Shown: one piece after another, positions 29,113 to 38,815 of the stretch
Numbering within the stretch: position 1 is the stretch's first letter
How the letters are laid out: each line of letters opens with the position of its first letter
NCBI GenBank assembly: GCA_036676395.1
Contig: JAKFCY010000002.1
Span: 2,432,001-2,496,000, forward strand
DNA from: Bdellovibrio sp.
GTDB taxonomy: Bacteria > Bdellovibrionota > Bdellovibrionia > Bdellovibrionales > Bdellovibrionaceae
Direction: 5' to 3'
DNA length: 64,000 bases
Made by a program: the position numbers and the translations under genes
The notes under the pieces: generated by a model
Told to the model about the DNA's origin: nothing
Database searches by the model: none
The model's input: the letters and a program-made list of their open reading frames with translations, nothing else

Positions 29113-31632
29113 ATGATTGTTCATCTCATGAACCTATTTTTATTCAAACGAATTGCAGCGGTACTTTTGTCGCTGTTGCTGTGTCAATCGACTTTTGCAC
29201 AATCAACTGAAAATCAACAAATGGTATTTGAAGGATCCCTTACTGACAACAGCGGCAATGCCATCGATTTACAAAGCCAGCAATTATTTTATTATATCAC
29301 TGCATTTGATAATTTGGCTCGCAAATGTATTCTTTACGCCGAGTCGTCGACAACGTCTGGAAACTCAGATGGCGACATTGTTCATCGCTACGGAAGCGGT
29401 AACGCCGTAGTCACGCCTGTATCTTATAATAACGTAGTTTCAAATTCTATTTTTAGCGGTGCGACTTCGGGTAAATTAGCTGATGGCTCGGGCAATAGTT
29501 GTTCGGTGGCGGCGGCAGCGACTCGTTACGTCGATGTGTATTCGGCAGTTCTTGATATAACAGGCTCAATCGTCATGGGATCAACGCCATATTCACAATT
29601 CGCAAATAATGCAAATTCATTAAATGGAAAATTAGATACTGATTTTATTTCAACTTCAAGTGTAAGTGGTGGAACAATAGGACAAGTGTTAAGCCGCGAT
29701 GGTGCCAATGGTTTTTCTTGGATAAATCTTCCAGCTTCAGGCGGCGGAACTTCTTCGATTGATTTAGGAACTGCTTCTGCTACAGGAACTTTAGCTTCGG
29801 CAAGACTACCTGATATAGTCAGCGCGGGAACTTACACAAAAGTAACTGTTGATTCTAAAGGGCGCGTGATATCTTCAGGTTCACTGGCTGCAACTGACAT
29901 CGTGACTGGCACTTTACCAATGGGCCGTGGTGGTACAGGCTTAGCAACTATGGGCGGTGCAAATCAATTACTTGCCATGAATAACTTCGGCACAGCTTTA
30001 GAATATAAAGCTATTGTTGGCGGCAATGGCCTAAGTGTCAGTACTGGATCAGGCGCAGTAAATGTTAATTTAAATTTACAAGCATCACATGTAGTTACCG
30101 CATTAGGTTACACACCTGCAAATTTAGCCGGTGATGATTTCACCGGAGATACAAACATCTTAGGAGATATGGGTGTTGGACATAATGCTCCGATTACCCG
30201 ATTAGATGTGGCTGGTTCAATCAGAATCGGCAATGGTGGTGAAACTTGTTCCGCCATATTTGCGGGTAGCTTTCGTTATAACAGCGGGTCTATGGAATTC
30301 TGTAATGGAGCTTCTTGGCAAGGACTGTCTATTATTGGTGGCGGGGCTTCACCAGTTGGGGCCGCAAGCGGAGATTTAACTGGCACCTATCCATCTCCAA
30401 CAATCGCTTCAGGCGCTGTGACGAGTGCAAAAATTCTTGATTCAACAATTACCGATGCAGATATTTCTAATACGACCATCACTGCAGCTAAATTAAATTT
30501 AGCCAATGGTGATATTGCACTCAGTAAAATTGGCAATCTAACAGGCTTCTTATCAGGTTCAGACACAACAGTTGTTGCTGCCGACAATGTGTTACAAGCA
30601 GTTAGCAAATTACAAGGTCAAATCAATTCTCGCTGGCAAACAATGAATTCAGATATGTATTTTAATACAGGTAACGTAACTATCGGCAGCAATACATTTC
30701 CATATCCCGGAACTAAACTTTTTGTGAAAAACACCAATGGCGGATCAAATCCTGTTTCAGTTTTAGAGCAATGGGATGATTCTGCTTACAATAGTGTACT
30801 TCCGGTCTTATCAATTTCACGTCGCTTACCATCTGGTTCGAATGTGCAAAGTGGTTTCGGATCATCGATGATATTTACGGCTGAAGACACGTCAAAAGCC
30901 ATGCAAGGACAAGCTATGATTGCCACGCAATGGGTGAATCCAGCGAATGGCTCTTCGCATGCTGGATTATTTATCGGAACTAAAGATTCTTCAGGTGGAA
31001 TGACAGCTAAACTTTATATCGATCAATCAGGGCTTTATGCTTCGAACAATATCGCAGTTAGTGGAAGTGTGCGCATGGGTAGCGATGGCAGCAACACGGC
31101 TCATGGTTGTTCTGGCCAAGAGGGAAAACAACGCTACAATTCAACATACAAGACGATGGAATTTTGCGATGGAGTAAACTGGCGCGGCTTAACTGGTGTT
31201 ACCTATTGTGATGGTGGTTATTCGATGGTCGGCACGGCCGGCACCCCGTCTGCCTTTTGTATGGATACAAATGTCGTATCTCCTCAGTCGTATGTAAATG
31301 CCAGCAATACATGTTTTAACCGCAACCCAAGCAGTGGATCTAAAGCAAAACTATGCACAACGATTCAATTAGATTTAGCTTGCGAAAGTTATAATTCAAT
31401 TTCACCGACTCTAACTAATTTAAATAATGGAATTTTTCACTGGACATCAAATTCAATTCCAGTAGGTGGTTCTGCGAACTATCCGAAAAATATTTATGTT
31501 TCTTATAGCTCAAGTAATTTATCGACTTGTCACATCGAACCTAACAATGGTGGCGTGCCAACATACAATGGACGCCAAACTGATGCTGATTATATTAACA
31601 ACTCTAAAAATTACCGCTGTTGTTATGAATAG
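29113..31632 (+). CDS. Secreted tail-fibre-like adhesin 1 (MAT-like) with Cys-rich C-type-lectin-like tip
   Basis: Signal peptide (start at 29113 gives 29 aa, as in both paralogues); GTYTKVTVDSKGRV and GDLTGTYPSPTI fibre motifs; tip FCMD...AKLCT...YRCC. Confidence 0.75.
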   Translation: MIVHLMNLFLFKRIAAVLLSLLLCQSTFAQSTENQQMVFEGSLTDNSGNAIDLQSQQLFYYITAFDNLARKCILYAESSTTSGNSDGDIVHRYGSGNAVVTPVSYNNVVSNSIFSGATSGKLADGSGNSCSVAAAATRYVDVYSAVLDITGSIVMGSTPYSQFANNANSLNGKLDTDFISTSSVSGGTIGQVLSRDGANGFSWINLPASGGGTSSIDLGTASATGTLASARLPDIVSAGTYTKVTVDSKGRVISSGSLAATDIVTGTLPMGRGGTGLATMGGANQLLAMNNFGTALEYKAIVGGNGLSVSTGSGAVNVNLNLQASHVVTALGYTPANLAGDDFTGDTNILGDMGVGHNAPITRLDVAGSIRIGNGGETCSAIFAGSFRYNSGSMEFCNGASWQGLSIIGGGASPVGAASGDLTGTYPSPTIASGAVTSAKILDSTITDADISNTTITAAKLNLANGDIALSKIGNLTGFLSGSDTTVVAADNVLQAVSKLQGQINSRWQTMNSDMYFNTGNVTIGSNTFPYPGTKLFVKNTNGGSNPVSVLEQWDDSAYNSVLPVLSISRRLPSGSNVQSGFGSSMIFTAEDTSKAMQGQAMIATQWVNPANGSSHAGLFIGTKDSSGGMTAKLYIDQSGLYASNNIAVSGSVRMGSDGSNTAHGCSGQEGKQRYNSTYKTMEFCDGVNWRGLTGVTYCDGGYSMVGTAGTPSAFCMDTNVVSPQSYVNASNTCFNRNPSSGSKAKLCTTIQLDLACESYNSISPTLTNLNNGIFHWTSNSIPVGGSANYPKNIYVSYSSSNLSTCHIEPNNGGVPTYNGRQTDADYINNSKNYRCCYE

Positions 31633-31637
31633 GTGAA

Positions 31638-32222
31638 ATGAATATGAAAACATTGAACTTGAAATACATTTTACTTTCAACTTCGCTGCTAAGCTTAATG
31701 GCCTGTCAGCCTGGTGCACCCATCGTTACAGTACTTGGTGAAGTCAGCGGCTTTGAAGTGACTGAAACCACGCAAATTTTAAAAAGTAAAGATAGTAAAA
31801 GTATTTTTTATATTTCTGGAAAATGTTTTGGTGCGATCAAGGATGTTGAAGTCAGCTTTGATAACGGCGGAACTTATACTACGTTAGGTCAATATGCCGA
31901 AAGTTTTACGCAAAGTTGCGCCAGCAGCGGCACATTTTCTTATAAAATTAACCCGAACAACACCACAGCTTTTGATATTCCGGCAAACAGTTCTTACCGA
32001 GATATTAAATTACGCGGCATGAGTGATTTCGGCGCCACCATCGTGCAAAATCTGCGTCGTATGGTAACAAATTCTGGCGATTTACAAATGACAGCTGGCA
32101 GTGTTATTGCCAATGTCACTGTCAGCGGCACACCTGCGGTGTTACGTGGTCGTTTGATTTCATCAGCCGGAGTTACCTCTGGTACAAACTTTATTTTAAA
32201 AGCAGCAATCCGTATCAAGTAG
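31638..32222 (+). CDS. Lipoprotein with Ig-like fold associated with fibre 1
   Basis: Lipobox LMAC; VEVSFDNGGTY; 5 nt after the fibre 1 stop. Confidence 0.7.
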   Translation: MNMKTLNLKYILLSTSLLSLMACQPGAPIVTVLGEVSGFEVTETTQILKSKDSKSIFYISGKCFGAIKDVEVSFDNGGTYTTLGQYAESFTQSCASSGTFSYKINPNNTTAFDIPANSSYRDIKLRGMSDFGATIVQNLRRMVTNSGDLQMTAGSVIANVTVSGTPAVLRGRLISSAGVTSGTNFILKAAIRIK

Positions 32223-32269
32223 TTGTTAAGAAATTCTCAAATGAATACATTTTTCTTCGAGTAAGGTGT

Positions 32270-32296
32270 TAAACTTTTCGTCTAAAATTCCGATAA
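32270..32296 (+). promoter_or_regulatory. sigma28-like promoter of fibre 2
   Basis: TAAA-N15-TCCGATAA. Confidence 0.75.
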
Positions 32297-32305
32297 ATAC
32301 TATGA

Positions 32306-35300
32306 ATGAACCAGCACGTTGGTAAAAGCAATTTTATTAGAAAATTCACGGCGATAGCATTGTCTTTGCTGTTCTGTAAGCCCACGTTCGCACAGTCTGT
32401 AGAAAACCAACAAATTGTTTTTGAAGGAAGCCTAACAGACTCTGGCGGAAACTCAATAGATCTAGCTGGAGCTCAATTAACTTTTTACGTGTCGGCCAAC
32501 GGCTGTTACTTATACGGTGAAACTTCATCAGCCAGTGGCGATAGCCAAGGTAACATCGTTCACCGCATTGGCGGAGGGTCACAGGTTGCAGGTTCACCGA
32601 ACAGTTTTACCCAAAATATTTTTTTCGGAACAGTTACAGGATCAACAAGTTTTGCCAGCAACAACTGTACAGTTCTTCCTGGGGATACACGCCTTGCTCA
32701 GGTTTATTATGCCGCACAAAATATTTCAGCGACAATTAAACTTGGAACTGTTCCTTACGCTCACAATGCCACAATGTTAAATGGTAAAAATGCAGCTGAC
32801 TTTGTCGAAGTTTCTAACGACAGCAATACACTTTTATATAGCGGTACTGCTGGACAATTTTTATCAAAATCAGCCTCAGGTAGTTTAACTTGGACAAATT
32901 CAAGTATGACAGCTGCTGAAATTTCAACAACACTTGGAACATTACCGGCGGCAAACTTACCCAGTTTTTCTGGCGATATTTCAACAGCTGCAGGTTCTGC
33001 ATCGGCAATCGTGCAAGGACTTCGCGGAGTAACTCTTGCTGCAACGGCGCCTGTATCGGGACAAATTCTTTATTACAATGGTGTTGCATGGTCACCAATG
33101 ACGATTCCCGCAAATGTCGGAACAGTAACAGCTGTATCAAGTGCAAATTCAGATATCAGTGTAGTCTCTGGTTCAAGCTCGCCAATTCTAACTTTAAATT
33201 CTGGTGCCGGAGCTAACCAAATCGTTAAGCTTGATGCTTCTGCTCGTCTACCTTCAGTAGATGCCAGCCAATTAATAGCGATCAATGCGGCAAATATCAC
33301 TTCAGGTACTTTGCCAACAGGTCGCTTACCGTCTTTCAGTGGTGATGTGACTACGGTGACGGGCTCAAGCACGGTGACTGTGACTAAACTTCGCGGCTTT
33401 AATATTTCTGCGACAGCACCATCAGCAAATCAGGTTCTGGCCTTCATGGGTGGAAATTGGACTCCTGCAAATGCGCCTACAGGAAGTGTGACGACTGTCA
33501 TGGCTGGAACTGGTTTATCCGGCGGACCAATCACTTCTTCTGGAACTTTATCAGTAAATTTTGGCACATCCTCTGGAACAGTGGCTGCGGGCAATGACAC
33601 GCGCCTTGTGCAGGCTTTGCAATCAATAAATAATTTATCTGACGTTGCCAATGTTATTACAGCTCGCACGAATTTAGGTTTAGGAGGTTTTGCTACGGCA
33701 AACACTGTAGATTTAGGTTCGGCAAGTGCTACCGGAATATTAGCTAATGCAAGATTACCCGCTTTCACAGGTGATGTGGTAAGTACTGCATCTTCAAATA
33801 CACTGACGGTAACTAAACTTCGTGGAGTCACTATTTCTGCAACGCTACCGACATCATCACAGGTGCTTGCTTACAATGGTTCACAATGGGTACCAACCAA
33901 TTCCACAGTAGGAACAGTCACAAATGTTAATGCCGGTACTGGTTTACTTGGTGGAGTGATTTCTACTTCAGGAACAATATCTGTAAATTTTGGCACAGGC
34001 TCTGGCACTGTAGCTCAGGGTAACGATGCTCGCATTGTGCAAGCTCTACAATCAGCAAATAATTTATCTGATGTGACCTCAAGCGGATCAGCTCGGGCTA
34101 ATTTAGGTTTAGGAACATTAGCTACAAAAAATTCTGTGAATTTAGCAACGGCTGAAGTTACCGGAGTTTTACCTTTAGCTAATGGCGGCTCACCTTGGTT
34201 AACGCATGCAAATGGTTATTACACTGTAAGTAATACCGCGATCGGGACTTCTGCAGTTTTAACGAATATTAAATTATCAGTTGAAGGCAATACACCTTCG
34301 CAAGTCGCTAAATTTAATAATACGGCAACTAACGGCTATGGCGTAAGAATTGATGTGGCTGGTTCGAGCCCTGCACAATATGCGCTGAATGTGAATAATG
34401 CTTCTGGCTCTATATTAATGGTGCAAAACGATGGTTACATCGGTATCGGAACATTATCGCCGACTGCAGGTTTAAATTTAGTAAATGACAATGGTCCTGC
34501 AACAAAAGATGACATTCAGATCAATACATATGGCAGCAACACGCCAGCGCTCGCACTTCAAAAAGCAAAAGGAAATGCGGGAGCTCCGACTCCCCTGCTG
34601 GCGAATGAAAATATCGGAAATCTAAGATGGGATGGCTACACGGGATCTGCTTACGCCAATCTTGTCGCCGTGAGTGGCTATGCAGAAACAAATCTTGGCA
34701 CAGCAATTAATAGTTATTTAACTATTAGCACAAATTCTAACGGCACGATGGCCGAACGGGTCCGAGTGAGTTCTAACGGTAATGTAGGTATTGGCACTAG
34801 TAACCCAACTAGTAGATTGCAAGTTAGTAATGATGATTACGCGACGATTAGTTCAAATGCATATAGTTCTGCTAATTCATATGTTGCCGGAGGCTTTGCT
34901 GGATTCAGAGCCAGAGGCACAGCTTCGTTGCCTTCGTTTCCGCTCGGTGGCGATCGCTTGGCCTATTTCAATGCATCAAATGGCGTTAACCCTGTCGGAT
35001 ACAGCGGCATCGAGATCTTTAGTACAGAAACGCACTCTGATAGCAATCAAGGTTCAGAAATTCGATTAGTTACAGTTCCCAATGCCACGACGACTGGACA
35101 AGTGCGGATGACTGTCACAAATAATGGTAACATCGGAATCGGCACTCCTACTCCACAAGCTAAACTTCATGTTGCCGGCGCCATTGTCAGCAAACCGCAA
35201 ATCATAGCCACTGGCAGCGTACTTGATTTATCACTTTCGAATATGTTTATTTTAAATTCTGTCGGTGGCAGTGCAATCACACTTAATAATATTGTTGAGG

Positions 35301-35491
35301 GTGGTACCTACACAGTTATCGTGACTGACCCTGCGGCGCGCGCTTATACATTTACAGGATGTACGACTTCTTATTATGCTCCGGCGAATTCACTGACAGT
35401 AGCAGGCACCAGAACGATGTTTGGTGTTGTCACTGTGAAAAATGGCGCTAACTGGGATTGTTACATTAGCTGGACACCAGGCTATCAATAA
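32306..35491 (+). CDS. Secreted tail-fibre-like adhesin 2 (MAT-like)
   Basis: Shared N-terminal domain; NNLSDV..ARxNLGLG repeats; three GxxGIGTxxP beta-stack motifs; beta-sandwich-like tip. Confidence 0.8.
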   Translation: MNQHVGKSNFIRKFTAIALSLLFCKPTFAQSVENQQIVFEGSLTDSGGNSIDLAGAQLTFYVSANGCYLYGETSSASGDSQGNIVHRIGGGSQVAGSPNSFTQNIFFGTVTGSTSFASNNCTVLPGDTRLAQVYYAAQNISATIKLGTVPYAHNATMLNGKNAADFVEVSNDSNTLLYSGTAGQFLSKSASGSLTWTNSSMTAAEISTTLGTLPAANLPSFSGDISTAAGSASAIVQGLRGVTLAATAPVSGQILYYNGVAWSPMTIPANVGTVTAVSSANSDISVVSGSSSPILTLNSGAGANQIVKLDASARLPSVDASQLIAINAANITSGTLPTGRLPSFSGDVTTVTGSSTVTVTKLRGFNISATAPSANQVLAFMGGNWTPANAPTGSVTTVMAGTGLSGGPITSSGTLSVNFGTSSGTVAAGNDTRLVQALQSINNLSDVANVITARTNLGLGGFATANTVDLGSASATGILANARLPAFTGDVVSTASSNTLTVTKLRGVTISATLPTSSQVLAYNGSQWVPTNSTVGTVTNVNAGTGLLGGVISTSGTISVNFGTGSGTVAQGNDARIVQALQSANNLSDVTSSGSARANLGLGTLATKNSVNLATAEVTGVLPLANGGSPWLTHANGYYTVSNTAIGTSAVLTNIKLSVEGNTPSQVAKFNNTATNGYGVRIDVAGSSPAQYALNVNNASGSILMVQNDGYIGIGTLSPTAGLNLVNDNGPATKDDIQINTYGSNTPALALQKAKGNAGAPTPLLANENIGNLRWDGYTGSAYANLVAVSGYAETNLGTAINSYLTISTNSNGTMAERVRVSSNGNVGIGTSNPTSRLQVSNDDYATISSNAYSSANSYVAGGFAGFRARGTASLPSFPLGGDRLAYFNASNGVNPVGYSGIEIFSTETHSDSNQGSEIRLVTVPNATTTGQVRMTVTNNGNIGIGTPTPQAKLHVAGAIVSKPQIIATGSVLDLSLSNMFILNSVGGSAITLNNIVEGGTYTVIVTDPAARAYTFTGCTTSYYAPANSLTVAGTRTMFGVVTVKNGANWDCYISWTPGYQ

Positions 35492-35493
35492 TT

Positions 35494-36687
35494 ATGAACT
35501 GGAAAACCTCTTTTCATTTTTTAACTGCCACGCTGATCATGCTAGTGAGTCAATTTACTTTCGCCTCGCCAGCAGGCATGCATAACTCGCATCACATCGG
35601 AAAAACAAAAGTTACTAGTTATATGTCGCCCAGTGGTTTATACACCTGTAGTCTGAATGAATTCGGTTGGGCCTACTGTTGGGGTTCTAATTCAGCAGGA
35701 CAAATTGGTAACAACACGACGAGTGGAAGTGTTAGACCAATACCTATTCGCTCGGGCTTTATTCAATTAGATACTGCCCGGTCTGCCGCTGGAAGTTCGT
35801 ACGGAACAACTTATGGAATTACCCTGACCGGCGTGCTGATGAGCTGGGGCGATAACATTTACGGAAAACTCGGAACCGGCGATAGTAGCGGCGGCGCAAG
35901 CTTTACTCCGCAAGTGATCGATCCCACTACGCGCTATAAATTTGTAAAATCTCAGTACCGCCACACTTGCGCCATCACTAAAGACAATGCACTCAGATGT
36001 TGGGGATATAATTTAGATGGCAATTTAGGTGATGGAACTACGGCGCAAAAAAATTCTCCAATCACCATTGATTCAGGTGTTAGTTATAAGACTGTGGCTG
36101 TCGGTGCATTTCATACCTGTGGGATAACAACTGGTCACATTTTAAAATGTTGGGGCCTGAACGACAATAGCCAATTAGGTGATGGCACCTTCACGCAAAG
36201 ATTTTTACCAGTTACGATCGATAGCGGAACCACTTATGCCTCGGTGTCATTGGGGCTTTACCATAGTTGCGCTATTACTATGGCCGGCGTTTTAAAATGC
36301 TGGGGAACTGATGGCAACGGACAACTGGGCGACGGCGGAATATCCAGTACAAGAAGTGTTCCCTACATTATTGATGCAGGCATAACCTATAGCACAGTTT
36401 CTGTCGCTGATGACTCGAGCTGCGCAATTACAACAACTGGTGTATTAAAATGCTGGGGAGAAAACACGAACGGACAATTAGGCGACAACTCAACGACAGG
36501 CCGGATTTCTCCGGTGATCATTGATTCTGGCACGACTTACATTTCTGTTTCTGCTGGTGGCCCTCATACTTGCGGTATTACTACAGCAAAAACGATGAAG
36601 TGCTGGGGCTCAAATAATAATGGTCAACTTGGTATTGGTATTTTCTCAGGAACTTACAGCACGCCACAAATTGTAGTGCCACCTTAA
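35494..36687 (+). CDS. Secreted RCC1/BLIP-II-like beta-propeller
   Basis: Signal peptide; seven repeats approximating HTCGITTxGxLKCWGxNxxGQLGDG. Confidence 0.92.
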   Translation: MNWKTSFHFLTATLIMLVSQFTFASPAGMHNSHHIGKTKVTSYMSPSGLYTCSLNEFGWAYCWGSNSAGQIGNNTTSGSVRPIPIRSGFIQLDTARSAAGSSYGTTYGITLTGVLMSWGDNIYGKLGTGDSSGGASFTPQVIDPTTRYKFVKSQYRHTCAITKDNALRCWGYNLDGNLGDGTTAQKNSPITIDSGVSYKTVAVGAFHTCGITTGHILKCWGLNDNSQLGDGTFTQRFLPVTIDSGTTYASVSLGLYHSCAITMAGVLKCWGTDGNGQLGDGGISSTRSVPYIIDAGITYSTVSVADDSSCAITTTGVLKCWGENTNGQLGDNSTTGRISPVIIDSGTTYISVSAGGPHTCGITTAKTMKCWGSNNNGQLGIGIFSGTYSTPQIVVPP

Positions 36688-36724
36688 AACATCTCAAAAT
36701 GAAGCATGTAACAGACTTTAGTGC

Positions 36725-36752
36725 TAAACCTTCATCTGGTTTTTACCGATAA
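36725..36752 (+). promoter_or_regulatory. sigma28-like promoter of fibre 3
   Basis: TAAA-N16-ACCGATAA. Confidence 0.7.
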
Positions 36753-36760
36753 GTTATTGA

Positions 36761-38815
36761 ATGAACGTCGGCGGTAATATCACTCATTTGCTTAGTCACT
36801 TTATAGCGATAGCTTTTTCTTTGCTGTTGGCTTTACCGTCATTTGCGCAATCATCTGAAAATCAACAAATCGTTTTTGAAGGTTCATTAACTGATAGCGG
36901 TGGCAATCCCATTGATTTATCAGGTGCTTCTTTAGTTTTTTATATTTCAGCGAATGGCTGTTACCTTTACGGCGAATCAACGGCAGTTGCTGGCGACAGC
37001 CAAGGCAACATCAATCACCGCATTGGCAGTTCGTCTTTGATTCCCGGTTCACCAAATGGTTTTACGCAAAATTTATTTTTTGGTTTTGTTTCTGGCACAA
37101 CGACATTTGCCGGAAACGATTGTTCGGTGACACCTTCAGACACTCGCTTAGCTCAAGTTTATTACGCCGCAGAAAGCCTTACGGCATCAATCAAACTAGG
37201 CACTGTGCCTTATGCTCACAACGCCACTATGCTTAACGGAAAAGTAGCGGCAGATTTTATCGAAGCATCGAATGATTCAGTGATGATATTTTACGGCGGC
37301 AGTAACGGACAAATTTTATCAAAGAGCGCTTCAGGTTTAACTTGGGTTAATCCAAGCGCTCCTGCTGTAACTTCTTCTTCAATTACCACAGCTTTAGGTT
37401 ATACACCGGCAAATAAATCGAATAACTTATCTGATTTAACTTCTGCGACGGCAGCGCGTGCAAATTTAGGTTTAGGAATAATAGCTACAAAAAATTCTGT
37501 AAATTTAGCCACGACTGATGTCACCGGAATATTATCAGCTTCAAGTCTTCCAAGTTTTTCGGGTGATGTTTCTACCACCGCAGGTTCGTCAACGACGACG
37601 CTTCAAAAAATTCGCGGCATTGCTTTGTCTGCAACAGCTCCGGTGTCTGGACAAATTCTTTATTACGATGGTTCAAGCTGGGGACCAATGACTGTTTCTG
37701 CCCCCAGCAGTGATTCTAAATGGGTAACTGGTGTGGGTGGAATTTACACAACCAGTAATACAACGGTAGGCTCATCGACGACTTATTCTAATGTAGGTTT
37801 GACTGCATTTGCTCCAGCTTCAGTTTCGAACTCAATCATCGCTTCATTTAACAACACAAATTCAGATGGGTTTGGATTAAAAGTAAATGTTGATAACAGT
37901 AGCCCGTCTCAGTACGGTTTAAAAGTTTCTTCTTATGGCGCTACTACATTCGTAGTTCGTAACGATGGCAATATCGGAATCGGACTAGGTTCTCCAACGG
38001 CTCGATTACATCTTGCAGCTGGAACTTCTGCCTTAGCTCCTTTACGAGTTTCGAGTGGCACCTTACAATCAACACCGACAGCTGGTGCGATCGAATATGA
38101 TGGCAGCCGTTTATACTTAACCAACCAAGCAAATCTGCGCCAAACAATTCCTATGGGAAATAACGCAAATTCTATTGATAACATCACGCACTTCAATTCA
38201 CCGGCTGATATTAATTTAGTCCCGAATACAGGAAACGCAGTTCGTGTTGCCGGAAGCTTTATCGTTAGTAGTACTATAAACAATGAAATCGCTCGATTTG
38301 AAAGCCCAAACAACCAGTACATGACTTTTGTAAAAGGTGGCGGCGAAGTGGCTAATTTAGGTTTAGGTACTGCAGGTTTTATGGGGGCAAATACAATTAC
38401 TGATGCCATGGTGTTGAACGCAGTAAATGGTGTGCAACTTGGAACAGGCACTGGAGCGCACTTAACTGTAACACCAAGTGGACAAGTCGGTATCGGCACC
38501 ACTACACCAACTACGGCACTGACCGTGAACGGCTCAATTCGCACGACAGCAGGCGGTTATGAGTATGCCGACGGCACTTCACAAACGACGTCTGCGTTTG
38601 GTGGTTACGAACGAATAAGTGCCGCATGCACGCTAACCGCTTCATGTAGCGCCACTTGTTCTGCTGGAAAAAAAATAATCGGTGGCGGATGCGACGCGGG
38701 TGCCAGCGCGAGTAATTTAAAATCGTCTTATCCTCTTAACGATAATCAATGGCAATGCAACTGGACTTCAAGTATTACCGCAGGCGCGGTCTGGGCAATT
38801 TGCACAAAAATGTAA
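36761..38815 (+). CDS. Secreted tail-fibre-like adhesin 3 (MAT-like) with small Cys-rich tip
   Basis: Shared N-terminal domain; GQVGIGTTTP, GGYEYADGTSQTT; tip CSAGKKIIGGGC...SYP...WQC...AIC. Confidence 0.8.
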   Translation: MNVGGNITHLLSHFIAIAFSLLLALPSFAQSSENQQIVFEGSLTDSGGNPIDLSGASLVFYISANGCYLYGESTAVAGDSQGNINHRIGSSSLIPGSPNGFTQNLFFGFVSGTTTFAGNDCSVTPSDTRLAQVYYAAESLTASIKLGTVPYAHNATMLNGKVAADFIEASNDSVMIFYGGSNGQILSKSASGLTWVNPSAPAVTSSSITTALGYTPANKSNNLSDLTSATAARANLGLGIIATKNSVNLATTDVTGILSASSLPSFSGDVSTTAGSSTTTLQKIRGIALSATAPVSGQILYYDGSSWGPMTVSAPSSDSKWVTGVGGIYTTSNTTVGSSTTYSNVGLTAFAPASVSNSIIASFNNTNSDGFGLKVNVDNSSPSQYGLKVSSYGATTFVVRNDGNIGIGLGSPTARLHLAAGTSALAPLRVSSGTLQSTPTAGAIEYDGSRLYLTNQANLRQTIPMGNNANSIDNITHFNSPADINLVPNTGNAVRVAGSFIVSSTINNEIARFESPNNQYMTFVKGGGEVANLGLGTAGFMGANTITDAMVLNAVNGVQLGTGTGAHLTVTPSGQVGIGTTTPTTALTVNGSIRTTAGGYEYADGTSQTTSAFGGYERISAACTLTASCSATCSAGKKIIGGGCDAGASASNLKSSYPLNDNQWQCNWTSSITAGAVWAICTKM

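Noticed and set aside
31201..32305. Complete diversity-generating retroelement
   Set aside because: No reverse transcriptase ORF and no second copy of the fibre 1 3' end were seen in the window.
37933..38544. 203-aa antisense ORF, and similar overlapping ORFs such as 45380-45871, 33430-33831, 20203-20562 and 61014-61472
   Set aside because: Shadow or alternate frames of well-supported genes, with no recognisable motifs.
29113..38815. Prophage or tailocin, suggested by the tail-fibre motifs
   Set aside because: All fibres have Sec signal peptides and host-type promoters; there are no capsid, terminase, baseplate, sheath, integrase or lysis genes.
36761..38815. Shufflon-type invertible tip cassettes
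   Set aside because: No recombinase, no inverted partial tip ORFs and no repeated crossover sites were found.
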